A stretch of DNA of 64,000 nt from Escherichia phage OSYSP. Of the stretch, positions 42,411-52,358 are shown piece by piece (within the stretch, counting starts at the first letter, position 1; every line of letters starts with the position of its first letter). A model generated the notes under the pieces. The model worked only from the letters and a program-made list of their open reading frames with translations. It was not told where the DNA came from and made no database searches. The stretch lies in the sequence record MF402939; one strand, 5' to 3'. A program made the position numbers and the translations under genes.

Positions 42411-43297
42411 GTAGAATAACAGAACTACTTGATCTGAAAGGCATTGAATATAAAGACACAGGTGGGGACATCCTCATCTGTTGTCTCAATCCAGATCATG
42501 ACGATAAACACCCAAGTTTGCGTATTGACCCTGAAACAGGTATTATGCACTGCTTGAGTTGTGGCTTCGGTAAAGGTATACCGAGCATTTACCATTATTT
42601 TAATGAGACTCAGTACCGACAGTCCCCAAGGCTATCGCAAGTACGTAAAAAGATTTCAGAGATTAGGAATGGATCAACGAATCTTGCAATTCCTGAATCT
42701 GCTTACCTTTTCGAAGGTGATTTCCGAGGTATAAGTTCTAAGACCTTGAAGAAATATTTTGCTTTCCAACACCAAGCAGACTGGGAAGGCAGAATTGTAT
42801 TCCCAATCACAGATGCTGTTGGACGCAATATCCTATTTTTGGGTCGTTCTATAAACAGTTCTGCCCCTCCTAAATACTTAGTAAAACCAAAACAAGTTTC
42901 ACCGCCAATTTTTCCTGTACGATATAATACTCCAGTCCTTATTCTAGTTGAAGGCATCTTTGATATGCTGAACCTAGAGGATAATGGTATAGACTATGCT
43001 TCTTGCTGCTTTGGTACACATCAGTTTACTTCGGATAACATTGCAGATAAGTTCAGTCCTTATATTATCGCCGGTGTAAAAGTTGTTGTTATCTTACTAG
43101 ATAATGATGCTTCTGGTAATAAAGCTGCCCAGGCTCTAGCAAAATTAATTCGTACAAAAACACGTTTAACACCTGTAGTTGCTAACTTCTTACTTCCAGA
43201 GGGTAAGGATCCTGGTGATTTAAATAAAGAAGAAGTCGATACGTTAGCAAAACGTATTGAAATTTTAGTTGCTGAATCACTTAAAGATTTGGTATAA
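42407..43297 (+). CDS. DnaG-like DNA primase (zinc-binding plus Toprim)
   Basis: 296 aa; zinc motif CCLNPDHDDKHPS...HCLSCGFGKG; Toprim motifs ILVEGIFDML and LLDNDASGNKAAQ; ATGA overlap with helicase. Confidence 0.8.
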   Translation: MSRITELLDLKGIEYKDTGGDILICCLNPDHDDKHPSLRIDPETGIMHCLSCGFGKGIPSIYHYFNETQYRQSPRLSQVRKKISEIRNGSTNLAIPESAYLFEGDFRGISSKTLKKYFAFQHQADWEGRIVFPITDAVGRNILFLGRSINSSAPPKYLVKPKQVSPPIFPVRYNTPVLILVEGIFDMLNLEDNGIDYASCCFGTHQFTSDNIADKFSPYIIAGVKVVVILLDNDASGNKAAQALAKLIRTKTRLTPVVANFLLPEGKDPGDLNKEEVDTLAKRIEILVAESLKDLV

Positions 43298-43359
43298 TAT
43301 ATTGGTAAGTTAGAGAAGAAACACTGAAGTTATACTTACTTACCAAGAGGAGATTAAAT

Positions 43360-45927
43360 TTGAAAATCGCAGTAGTTGATAAAGCTCTAAATAACACTCG
43401 TTACGATAAACATTTCCAGCTATACGGCGAGGAAGTTGATGTATTCCATATGTGTAACGAGAAGTTGTCCGGTCGTTTGCTCAAAAAGCATATTACTATC
43501 GGGACTCCGGAAAACCCATTTGACCCGAATGATTATGATTTTGTTATACTGGTAGGTGCCGAACCTTTTCTGTACTTTGCAGGTAAGAAAGGTATTGGTG
43601 ATTATACCGGTAAACGTGTAGAGTATAATGGATATGCTAACTGGATTGCTAGTATCAGCCCAGCCCAGTTACACTTTAAACCTGAAATGAAACCAGTTTT
43701 TGATGCAACAGTAGAGAATATCCACGATATTATCAATGGTCGTGAGAAGATTGCAAAAGCTGGTGATTACCGTCCTATTACTGACCCTGACGAGGCAGAA
43801 GAATATATCAAGATGGTGTATAATATGGTTATCGGACCTGTCGCATTCGACTCCGAAACCTCAGCACTATACTGTCGAGATGGTTATCTGCTTGGTGTTT
43901 CTATATCTCACCAAGAGTATCAGGGTGTATATATTGATTCTGATTGTCTCACAGAGGTTGCAGTATATTATCTCCAGAAAATTCTAGATAGTGAAAACCA
44001 CACTATTGTTTTTCACAACTTGAAGTTTGATATGCACTTTTATAAGTACCATCTGGGACTTACTTTTGATAAAGCACATAAAGAACGCAGGCTCCATGAT
44101 ACCATGTTGCAGCACTATGTTCTAGATGAACGTCGTGGTACTCATGGCTTGAAATCTCTAGCAATGAAGTATACCGATATGGGTGACTATGACTTCGAAC
44201 TAGATAAGTTCAAAGATGATTACTGCAAAGCACATAAAATCAAGAAAGAAGATTTCACCTATGATTTAATTCCATTTGATATTATGTGGCCGTATGCTGC
44301 GAAAGATACAGATGCTACTATACGTTTGCACAACTTCTTTTTACCAAAAATTGAGAAGAATGAAAAACTTTGCAGTCTGTACTATGATGTTTTGATGCCT
44401 GGTTGCGTATTCTTGCAACGTGTTGAGGATCGTGGAGTACCTATCTCTATTGATCGTTTGAAAGAAGCTCAGTATCAATTGACCCATAATTTGAATAAAG
44501 CCCGTGAGAAACTGTACACTTATCCAGAAGTTAAACAGCTAGAACAAGGTCAGAATGAAGCATTTAACCCGAACTCTGTTAAGCAACTTCGTGTTCTTCT
44601 GTTCGATTATGTTGGTTTGACTCCAACTGGTAAGTTAACAGATACGGGTGCAGATTCTACAAACGCAGAAGCTCTGAATGAGTTGGCAACCCAGCATCCT
44701 ATTGCTAAAACTCTTCTAGAGATTCGTAAGCTGACTAAGCTGATCTCTACTTATGTTGAGAAGATTCTACTGAGTATTGATGCAGATGGTTGCATTCGTA
44801 CTGGTTTCCATGAACATATGACTACTTCTGGTCGTCTGAGTTCTTCTGGTAAACTGAACCTGCAACAGCTACCTCGTGATGAATCTATTATTAAGGGTTG
44901 TGTAGTTGCACCACCTGGATACCGTGTAATCGCGTGGGACTTAACAACTGCGGAAGTTTACTATGCTGCTGTTCTATCTGGTGATAGAAATATGCAACAA
45001 GTATTTATCAACATGAGAAATGAACCCGATAAATACCCTGACTTCCACTCTAACATCGCCCACATGGTATTTAAATTGCAATGTGAACCTCGTGATGTTA
45101 AGAAGCTGTTCCCAGCTCTACGTCAGGCAGCTAAGGCAATTACCTTTGGTATTTTGTATGGTTCTGGCCCGGCTAAAGTAGCACATTCTGTTAACGAAGC
45201 ATTGCTAGAGCAAGCAGCCAAAACTGGTGAACCGTTTGTTGAATGTACTGTTGCAGATGCTAAAGAGTACATTGAGACTTACTTTAGTCAATTCCCACAG
45301 CTTAAGCGTTGGATTGATAAGTGCCACGATCAGATCAAGAATCATGGGTTTATCTATAGTCACTTTGGTCGTAAACGTCGTCTGCATAATATCCATTCCG
45401 AAGACCGTGGCGTTCAGGGTGAAGAAATTCGTTCTGGATTTAACGCAATCATTCAGTCTGCTTCTTCTGATAGTCTCCTTTTAGGTGCTGTAGATGCAGA
45501 TAATGAGATCATTTCTCTTGGCTTAGAACAAGAGATGAAGATTGTTATGCTGGTTCATGACTCCGTAGTTGCTATTGTTCGCGAGGATTTGATCGACCAG
45601 TACAATGAAATCCTGATTCGTAATATTCAGAAAGACCGTGGTATCAGTATTCCTGGCTGTCCTATTGGTATTGATTCAGATTCTGAAGCTGGAGGTTCTC
45701 GTGACTATTCTTGTGGTAAGATGAAGAAACAGCATCCATCAATTGCTTGTATTGATGATGACGAATATACTCGTTACGTTAAAGAAATGCTACTTGATGC
45801 AGATTTCGAGTATAAGAAATTAGCTGCAATGGATAAAGAACATCCAGACCACAGCAAGTACAAGGATGATAAGTTTATTGCTGTATGTAAAGATCTGGAT
45901 AACGTGAAAAGGATTCTCGGTGCTTAA
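43360..45927 (+). CDS. family A DNA polymerase with 3'-5' exonuclease domain
   Basis: 855 aa; TTG start after GAGGAG; exo motifs FDSETSALY and HNLKFDMHF; pol motifs RQAAKAITFGILYGSGPAKVA and VHDSVV. Confidence 0.85.
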   Translation: MKIAVVDKALNNTRYDKHFQLYGEEVDVFHMCNEKLSGRLLKKHITIGTPENPFDPNDYDFVILVGAEPFLYFAGKKGIGDYTGKRVEYNGYANWIASISPAQLHFKPEMKPVFDATVENIHDIINGREKIAKAGDYRPITDPDEAEEYIKMVYNMVIGPVAFDSETSALYCRDGYLLGVSISHQEYQGVYIDSDCLTEVAVYYLQKILDSENHTIVFHNLKFDMHFYKYHLGLTFDKAHKERRLHDTMLQHYVLDERRGTHGLKSLAMKYTDMGDYDFELDKFKDDYCKAHKIKKEDFTYDLIPFDIMWPYAAKDTDATIRLHNFFLPKIEKNEKLCSLYYDVLMPGCVFLQRVEDRGVPISIDRLKEAQYQLTHNLNKAREKLYTYPEVKQLEQGQNEAFNPNSVKQLRVLLFDYVGLTPTGKLTDTGADSTNAEALNELATQHPIAKTLLEIRKLTKLISTYVEKILLSIDADGCIRTGFHEHMTTSGRLSSSGKLNLQQLPRDESIIKGCVVAPPGYRVIAWDLTTAEVYYAAVLSGDRNMQQVFINMRNEPDKYPDFHSNIAHMVFKLQCEPRDVKKLFPALRQAAKAITFGILYGSGPAKVAHSVNEALLEQAAKTGEPFVECTVADAKEYIETYFSQFPQLKRWIDKCHDQIKNHGFIYSHFGRKRRLHNIHSEDRGVQGEEIRSGFNAIIQSASSDSLLLGAVDADNEIISLGLEQEMKIVMLVHDSVVAIVREDLIDQYNEILIRNIQKDRGISIPGCPIGIDSDSEAGGSRDYSCGKMKKQHPSIACIDDDEYTRYVKEMLLDADFEYKKLAAMDKEHPDHSKYKDDKFIAVCKDLDNVKRILGA

Positions 45928-46417
45928 TTTCAAATTGCCCGTCTATGCGTTACGGGCGTTTGTATCAATTGAGCAAGAAGGTGATTATTCCGTAATTACA
46001 ACAAGGTATAATAAATATGTGCTAGATAACAGGAAGTTGCCTGGCACGTTTTCTCAACGTAGGCTTATTCTATTTGAGAAACGGAAAGAATTACCATACA
46101 AGCTCTACCCTATTAGAGGTAGAATATCAATGTTGTCTCAATTAGTTGGGTCAAAGCGTAGCCAATTTATAGATTCTGATGGAAATCTTATTAACTGGAA
46201 GAAAACTACGTTCTATGATGTTGTCACCTCTAAAGTTTTGCATTCAGCTAGAATTTATAATGGAAAATACCAATGCTATGTGGCTAAAGTCCCTTATCCA
46301 TTTGTATTATCCTATGTTCCAGCTTATATAAGCTATATTCTGGTAAATAATAGCCATGTTATTTATCAAGTCCATCAAGAGGAGCCTGAAATTCCTAGAC
46401 TTAGAATAAAATTATGA
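45920..46417 (+). CDS. hypothetical protein (165 aa)
   Basis: ORF track; GTG start after AAAGGA; overlaps polymerase stop; AT-rich codon usage unlike neighbours. Confidence 0.5.
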   Translation: MLNFKLPVYALRAFVSIEQEGDYSVITTRYNKYVLDNRKLPGTFSQRRLILFEKRKELPYKLYPIRGRISMLSQLVGSKRSQFIDSDGNLINWKKTTFYDVVTSKVLHSARIYNGKYQCYVAKVPYPFVLSYVPAYISYILVNNSHVIYQVHQEEPEIPRLRIKL

Positions 46418-47766
46418 AGGTTGTTATATCTAATAAAGCCTATTTCAAGCCCGATGATGAACTTTGGGATTATTGTAGTAAGCAAACCACTTATCACATA
46501 GAGACAATGACTAGTAAATACCCTATTATGTATAAGAATAGTGGTGTTGTTGCCAAAGAGATTAAGTGGATTCCTATTACGCGTCTGGACTTACTAGATG
46601 CTAAAGGAGTAAAATACGAATTAGTCGATAAACGTACATTAGCTCCGGTAGACATACCAAAACCTAAGTTCAAATTGCGCGAAGAAGATCAACTTCCAAT
46701 ATACGAAGAGTGCGATGATACCTGTATTATTAATGGTAAGCCTGGATTTGGTAAAACTATCCTAGCCCTTGCACTTGCGTATAAATTTGGTCAGAAAACT
46801 TTGGTAATCTGTACGAATACATCCATTCGTGAAATGTGGGCGGCAGAAGTTCGTAAATGGTTTGGGTTTGAACCAGGCATCATAGGTTCTGGGAAATACA
46901 ATATTGATCCACCAATTGTAGTCAGTAATATTCAAACAGTGAATAAACACGCGAATAATCTTTCTAAAGTATTCGGTACTGTTATAGTTGATGAAGTTCA
47001 CCATTGTGTGGCTACAACTTTCACTAACTTCCTAGAAATATCATGTGCTCGCTATAAAATTGGACTATCCGGTACACTAAAACGAAAAGATGGTTTACAA
47101 GTTATGTTCAAAGATTTCTTTGGATATAAGATATTTAGCCCGCCGGTTAATAATACTGTTGCACCTACAATCCATAGGTACTCCGTGCCTGTTGAGCTAT
47201 CAGGAAACCAAAACGTGCCGTGGGCATTACGTGCTAACGATGTGTATAATCATCCTGAATATCGAGAGACTATTATAAACCTAGCACATTTATATGTGAA
47301 TATGGGACATAAAGTACTCATTGTAAGTGATAGAACAGAGTTAATCCAAACAGTACTAGAAGCACTATCTCAGAGAGGAGTCACAACCTATGAGATTATT
47401 GGCGCAACTCACTTAGATGACCGATTAAAAATTCAGGAAGATATAGCAAAAGGTGGGCCTTGTGTGCTTGCAGCAGCTCAAAGTATCTTCTCTGAGGGTA
47501 TTTCCCTTAATGAGCTATCTTGTTTAATAATGGGAAGCCTTATTAATAATGAATCTCTCATTGAACAGCTTGCAGGCCGTGTTCAACGTATTGTCGATGG
47601 TAAACTCGACCCTATTGTTGTAGATCTAATTATGAAAGGTGGCACTGGACTAAGACAGGCTTCTGGACGTATGGCAGTATATCGTAACAACGGGTGGAAA
47701 ACTATTACTATGACTCCGGAGAAAGCAGTTCAATTAGCTAAAATTGCATTTGGCAACAGCTCATAA
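46414..47766 (+). CDS. SF2 (SNF2/DEAD-like) helicase
   Basis: 450 aa; Walker A GKPGFGKT, Walker B VDEVHH, C-terminal helicase motifs; ATGA overlap. Confidence 0.8.
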   Translation: MKVVISNKAYFKPDDELWDYCSKQTTYHIETMTSKYPIMYKNSGVVAKEIKWIPITRLDLLDAKGVKYELVDKRTLAPVDIPKPKFKLREEDQLPIYEECDDTCIINGKPGFGKTILALALAYKFGQKTLVICTNTSIREMWAAEVRKWFGFEPGIIGSGKYNIDPPIVVSNIQTVNKHANNLSKVFGTVIVDEVHHCVATTFTNFLEISCARYKIGLSGTLKRKDGLQVMFKDFFGYKIFSPPVNNTVAPTIHRYSVPVELSGNQNVPWALRANDVYNHPEYRETIINLAHLYVNMGHKVLIVSDRTELIQTVLEALSQRGVTTYEIIGATHLDDRLKIQEDIAKGGPCVLAAAQSIFSEGISLNELSCLIMGSLINNESLIEQLAGRVQRIVDGKLDPIVVDLIMKGGTGLRQASGRMAVYRNNGWKTITMTPEKAVQLAKIAFGNSS

Positions 47767-47778
47767 ATGATGTATAAT
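47749..47778 (+). promoter_or_regulatory. sigma70 promoter (TTGGCA-18-TATAAT)
   Basis: Hexamers at end of helicase gene; downstream ATAAATTTGAGAGAGAG box. Confidence 0.5.
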
Positions 47779-47851
47779 ATATACATAAATTTGAGAGAGA
47801 GAAAGTTTCGGATTGATAAGAAAGTCCGAAGCAGAAAAATAAAAATTTTAG

Positions 47852-47881
47852 TTGCTAAATTCTCTCGAAATCTAGTATAAT
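47852..47881 (+). promoter_or_regulatory. sigma70 promoter (TTGCTA-18-TATAAT)
   Basis: Consensus hexamers; downstream ATAAATTCGAGGAG box. Confidence 0.6.
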
Positions 47882-47988
47882 ATATACATAAATTCGAGGA
47901 GAAAACAAAAATTAAATTCTTCGATTATGAAAAGCTATACTTACTAGCTAGAGGAAATTCCGACCTAATTATTAAGCTATTCAAAAGA

Positions 47989-48273
47989 ATGCTTACGGAG
48001 CCTGATGCTCACCAATTATTGGTCGGTTCCTCATTCATTTTGAATGAATCAACAATAGTTGATAATCCAAATAAATTGTCTAATAGACAACTGGCAGAAT
48101 ATCTAGGAATTTTAAGTCTACGAAATTATGCCGAATACAAGTTTACAAACGATCCTAGTTTGGACATACAATATGTTCCAGTATGGATACCACGTTTAGT
48201 AATCGACACTAACCCACTAATCGCAATTAACAAATCGAAATTAATCTTTAAAGAGGAAATAAAATATGGCTAA
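47989..48273 (+). CDS. hypothetical protein (94 aa), doubtful
   Basis: ORF track only; no SD; overlaps start of next gene. Confidence 0.25.
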   Translation: MLTEPDAHQLLVGSSFILNESTIVDNPNKLSNRQLAEYLGILSLRNYAEYKFTNDPSLDIQYVPVWIPRLVIDTNPLIAINKSKLIFKEEIKYG

Positions 48274-49039
48274 GTCTTGGGGCGAAACTACTGGCGGTTC
48301 TAACGATAAAATCGAATTCCTGAAGTTCAACAACGGTATCACTCGTGTTCGTATCGTTTCTGGTGTTCTTCCACGTTATGTCTATTGGCTGACTAATAAA
48401 GAGGGTAGCGTAGCTCCTTTCGAATGTCTCCGTTTTAACCGTGACAAAGAGAGTTTTGTTCGTGGTAAAGCTGATCCGGTTCATGAGATGGGCTTCTTTG
48501 AGAAAGAGCTGGATAAAGATGGTAATCGCGTTCCGCTGAAACCGAAGAAAAACTATATCGCTTTTGTTATCGACCGTTCTGATAACAAACTGAAAGTAAT
48601 GGAAGTCAAAGCTACTATTCTGAAAGGCATCCAGTCTATCATGAAGCAGTTGAATCTGGCAACTCCGTTTGATATTGATATTTCTATCGAGAAAAAAGGT
48701 AAAGGTTTCGATACTGAGTATGATGTACAGCAGATTGCTGCTATGCAGTTCCAGATTAAGCTGCAAGATCCTAACAGTGCAGAATCTAAGCAATATGCTG
48801 CGGATGTAGATCTGATTGGTGAAGCTATGTGTGACGAAGATGGCGACATCATTAAGTTCGAAAAAGTTCCTTCTCTGGAACAAACTTATCCGGTTCCTAC
48901 CTATGAAGAGCAGAAAGAAGCAATTCAAGCCTTCATGGAAGGTCGTGAGAATAAAGATGATGATGCCAAGTCTGGTAACAGCACTGCTGGTTCCCAGAAA
49001 GGTATTGATCACGAAGCTGCAAGCGATCTGGATGACTAA
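48266..49039 (+). CDS. putative ssDNA-binding protein (acidic C-terminal tail)
   Basis: 257 aa; strong SD AAAGAGGAAA; highly biased codons; acidic C-terminus ...HEAASDLDD typical of phage SSBs; function inferred. Confidence 0.7.
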   Translation: MAKSWGETTGGSNDKIEFLKFNNGITRVRIVSGVLPRYVYWLTNKEGSVAPFECLRFNRDKESFVRGKADPVHEMGFFEKELDKDGNRVPLKPKKNYIAFVIDRSDNKLKVMEVKATILKGIQSIMKQLNLATPFDIDISIEKKGKGFDTEYDVQQIAAMQFQIKLQDPNSAESKQYAADVDLIGEAMCDEDGDIIKFEKVPSLEQTYPVPTYEEQKEAIQAFMEGRENKDDDAKSGNSTAGSQKGIDHEAASDLDD

Positions 49040-49046
49040 TAAATAG

Positions 49047-49070
49047 AGGGGCTTCGGCCCCTTTCTTTTT
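49047..49070 (+). terminator. rho-independent terminator
   Basis: AGGGGC-TTCG-GCCCCT hairpin followed by TTCTTTTT. Confidence 0.7.
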
Positions 49071-49075
49071 AACCA

Positions 49076-50053
49076 ATGAGAATATTATTTAGTGCTGATC
49101 ATCATATCAAACTAGGACAGGATAAAGTTCCAAAGGAATGGCAGAAGCGTCGCTTCCTGATGCTAGGAGAACGGTTAAATGATATATTCCATAATCATAA
49201 CTGTGATCTTCATATTGCTGGTGGTGATATACTTGATGTTGCCGACCCGTCGTCAGAAGAAATAGAACTGCTTGAACAGTTCATGTCAAGACTTGACCAT
49301 CCAGGCAAAATCTTTACTGGAAATCATGAAATGTTAACTAAAACCATTTCGTGTCTATATCATTATGCGGGGGTTATTAATAAAGTAACTAGTGGGAAGT
49401 GGGAAGTAATTACCAAACCATATCGTTCCCCTGAATTTGATATTGTTCCGTATGATGAAATCCATAAGTCTAAGTGGAAACCATCTGAATCAAAACTATG
49501 TTTCACGCATGTTCGTGGTGAAATCCCTCCACATGTAAAACCAGAAATTGATCTAACTAAGTACAACTGTTATGATACTGTAATTGCTGGCGATTTACAT
49601 TCTTATACTAATAGCCAGACTATCGGATCTACTAGACTCCTCTACCCAGGGTCTCCATTAACTACATCGTTCCATAGAGAACGCACAAAAGGTACAAATG
49701 GTTGCTTTATCATTGATACCGACACATTAAAAGTAGAATGGATTGAACTAGGTGATTTACCACAACTGATCCGTAAAACAATCGGAGCAGGTGAAGAGAT
49801 GGAACCTAGTGATTATGATCGTGTAGTCTACGAAGTTACTGGTGACGTTGTTCAATTAAAGTCTATCAAAGACTCTGATTTATTAGATAAGAAGATTAAC
49901 CATCGAGTTACTAAAGATGCTAAGTTAAATCTTGTTGATCTTGATATGTTGGGCGAACTTGAACTTTACTTCCGTGAAGTCGAGAAGCTATCTCAAGGCG
50001 ACATTGATAGAATCTTGGCTAGAGCTGCGAAATATGTCAAAGATTACAATTAA
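49076..50053 (+). CDS. SbcD/Mre11-like nuclease (calcineurin-like phosphoesterase)
   Basis: 325 aa; N-terminal ILFSADHH metallophosphatase motif and later GNHE and GDLH motifs. Confidence 0.75.
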   Translation: MRILFSADHHIKLGQDKVPKEWQKRRFLMLGERLNDIFHNHNCDLHIAGGDILDVADPSSEEIELLEQFMSRLDHPGKIFTGNHEMLTKTISCLYHYAGVINKVTSGKWEVITKPYRSPEFDIVPYDEIHKSKWKPSESKLCFTHVRGEIPPHVKPEIDLTKYNCYDTVIAGDLHSYTNSQTIGSTRLLYPGSPLTTSFHRERTKGTNGCFIIDTDTLKVEWIELGDLPQLIRKTIGAGEEMEPSDYDRVVYEVTGDVVQLKSIKDSDLLDKKINHRVTKDAKLNLVDLDMLGELELYFREVEKLSQGDIDRILARAAKYVKDYN

Positions 50054-51872
50054 GACACTAAAATTTAGTAACGTTATGTCTTACGGTAAGGACATCGTAA
50101 TTCATTTCGATAAGAATCCAGTTACTCAACTAATCGGTGGCAATGGGCTAGGGAAATCTACTATCGCCACGGTTATAGAAGAGCTGTTCTATAATAAGAA
50201 CTCACGTGGTATTAAGAAAGATGCTCTGTTCTCTTGGTCTTCTCCGAAAAAAGAGTATGATATGCACGCTTACTTCTCAAAAGATGAAGATGAGTATGAA
50301 TTGCATAAAGTAGTTAAATCAACTGCTAAGGTTACACTCATTAAGAATGGAGAAGATATTAGTGGGCATACGGCAACCCAAACATATAAGATGATTGAAG
50401 AAATTATGGGGGGTGACTTTCAAACATTCACCAAACTGATTTATCAATCAGTGGGTTCTAATCTAGACTTCCTAAAAGCAACAGATGCAACACGTAAGGC
50501 TTTTCTTGTTAACTTGTTCAATCAAGAGCAATACAAAGAAATGTCAGAAACTATTAAGGCTGACCGTAAAGAAATAGCAAATACCTTAAATAATTTGCAG
50601 GGCCAGATGGCTGTAATTACGAAAATCCTTAATGGAAAAAATAATCTAGGAACTTTGCAGGAACCTGTAGAGGTGCCGGAGTTTGATGAAGAGCCATTAG
50701 CACAAGAACTTACTGAATCGAAAATTAAGGCGGCATTAGCCAAGTCTCAAGAGGCTAATATTACTAAGTTGCGTAATTTGGACAAAGCTGTACAAGTTGC
50801 CGAACAATCTTTCGAACCTTTCAAAAATTTGCCCGCGCCCACCGACCAAAGTGAAGAGATCTCGAGTGTTACGCGTGACCTAACGATTGTGACCTCACGT
50901 GCGAGCGAAGTTAAGAAACGTTATCAGAAGTTCAAGCAAGAGGCTTCAAATACTGAATGCCCTACTTGCGGTACTCATCTGGATACAACTGCTGCCCAAA
51001 AAGCAATGGATATGGCTAGAACAGAATATGATCCTCTGTTCAAAGAGAAGCAATCTCTTGAAGCTAAGCTAGAACAGTTGAAGAAAGAACAACTTGAGTA
51101 CGTTGCGTATACTAGAGCAAAGGATGCTTTGGATAAAGCGGTGGTAGCTAGAGACGAGTTCAAAAATTCAATGAGTGATGCTTCTTTTGAAGAACTCAAT
51201 GTGCAAATCCTACAGGTGCAAATCCGACAATTAGAACAGGAAATCGCTGATGGCCGCTCTAAGGTTGCAATTGCCAAAGAGCATAATGCAAATGTCGAAT
51301 TAGCCAACGCAAAATATAAAGCGAAACTAGAACAGATTGAGAAAGCTGAAGCAGAAATGTCTGAGATTACTTCCAAACTTGATGGAGTAGCCGAAGCTGT
51401 AGCTGATCTTGATATTCTAATTGCTGCTTTGAAAAATCTGGTGGGATATAAACTAGAGCATAGTGTGAAAGTATTCGAAGAATTAATTAATAAATACCTT
51501 TCTATTATGACTGGAGGTAAATTCGCACTTGGATTTGAACTTGATGAAACGAAGTTACAAGTAGTAATCTTCAATGATGGAAATCGTACCAGTATGGAGA
51601 ACTGCTCTACTGGTCAGCAAAGTAGAATTAATCTAGCAACCCTGTTAGCTATTCGTATGCTGTTAACATCTATTAGTAAAGTTAATATTAATCTTCTATT
51701 CCTTGATGAAGTAATTAGCTTTATTGATACGAAAGGACTTGATACTCTCGTTGAACTATTAAATGAGGAAGAAAGTCTAAATTCTATCATTGTTTCTCAT
51801 GGGCATACGCATCCATTAGCTCATAAGATTACTGTCAAAAAAGATGCAGAAGGATTTTCCTACTTAGAATAA
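50034..51872 (+). CDS. SbcC/Rad50-like ATPase
   Basis: Start at ATG (MSKITIKTLKF...) overlapping sbcD-like stop; Walker A GGNGLGKST; long coiled coil; C-terminal LLFLDEVISFID (Walker B/D-loop). Confidence 0.75.
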   Translation: MSKITIKTLKFSNVMSYGKDIVIHFDKNPVTQLIGGNGLGKSTIATVIEELFYNKNSRGIKKDALFSWSSPKKEYDMHAYFSKDEDEYELHKVVKSTAKVTLIKNGEDISGHTATQTYKMIEEIMGGDFQTFTKLIYQSVGSNLDFLKATDATRKAFLVNLFNQEQYKEMSETIKADRKEIANTLNNLQGQMAVITKILNGKNNLGTLQEPVEVPEFDEEPLAQELTESKIKAALAKSQEANITKLRNLDKAVQVAEQSFEPFKNLPAPTDQSEEISSVTRDLTIVTSRASEVKKRYQKFKQEASNTECPTCGTHLDTTAAQKAMDMARTEYDPLFKEKQSLEAKLEQLKKEQLEYVAYTRAKDALDKAVVARDEFKNSMSDASFEELNVQILQVQIRQLEQEIADGRSKVAIAKEHNANVELANAKYKAKLEQIEKAEAEMSEITSKLDGVAEAVADLDILIAALKNLVGYKLEHSVKVFEELINKYLSIMTGGKFALGFELDETKLQVVIFNDGNRTSMENCSTGQQSRINLATLLAIRMLLTSISKVNINLLFLDEVISFIDTKGLDTLVELLNEEESLNSIIVSHGHTHPLAHKITVKKDAEGFSYLE

Positions 51873-51875
51873 AAC

Positions 51876-52358
51876 ATGGCTGTAGATAGTAGAGAGAAAG
51901 GTAAACGTGGTGAATATCAGGTAAGGGATATTCTACGTGAGCGTACAGGTCTTGAGTGGGAACGTGTTCCTGGCTCTGGTGCTTTTGGCCAGAGCCACGG
52001 ACTGAAGGGTGACATCTACCTTCCACCACAAAGCGGACACATTAGTAAATACTGCTTCGAAGTTAAGTGGTATAAAGATGATAATATATCAAGTAATTTA
52101 TTTAATGTTGGTGAATCCACTCTAGAGAAGTGGTGGCAGCAGTGCTCACGTGAAGGTGAGCAGATGAACTCCAAACCTGCATTAATATTCAAAAAAGACA
52201 GAGGACAGTGGTTAATAGCTTTGGATAGCTCAGACCCGATGGTTGACAACTTAATGAGTCGTACCCATATGGTGTTAAATAAGAAAGGCATGGAAATCGT
52301 AATCGGTTTATTTGAGCCGTGGCTACATAATGCATCTGTTGAGGACTTAATTAAATAA
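51876..52358 (+). CDS. PD-(D/E)XK nuclease-like protein (Holliday-junction-resolvase-like)
   Basis: 160 aa; GEYQVRDIL...GSGAFG...GDIYLP...FEVK pattern resembles archaeal Hjc-type nucleases. Confidence 0.55.
   Translation: MAVDSREKGKRGEYQVRDILRERTGLEWERVPGSGAFGQSHGLKGDIYLPPQSGHISKYCFEVKWYKDDNISSNLFNVGESTLEKWWQQCSREGEQMNSKPALIFKKDRGQWLIALDSSDPMVDNLMSRTHMVLNKKGMEIVIGLFEPWLHNASVEDLIK

Noticed and set aside
48248-49012. Minus-strand 254-aa ORF and others antisense to the SSB-like gene
   Set aside because: The plus-strand gene has a strong SD, biased codons and an acidic SSB-like tail; the antisense ORF has none of these.
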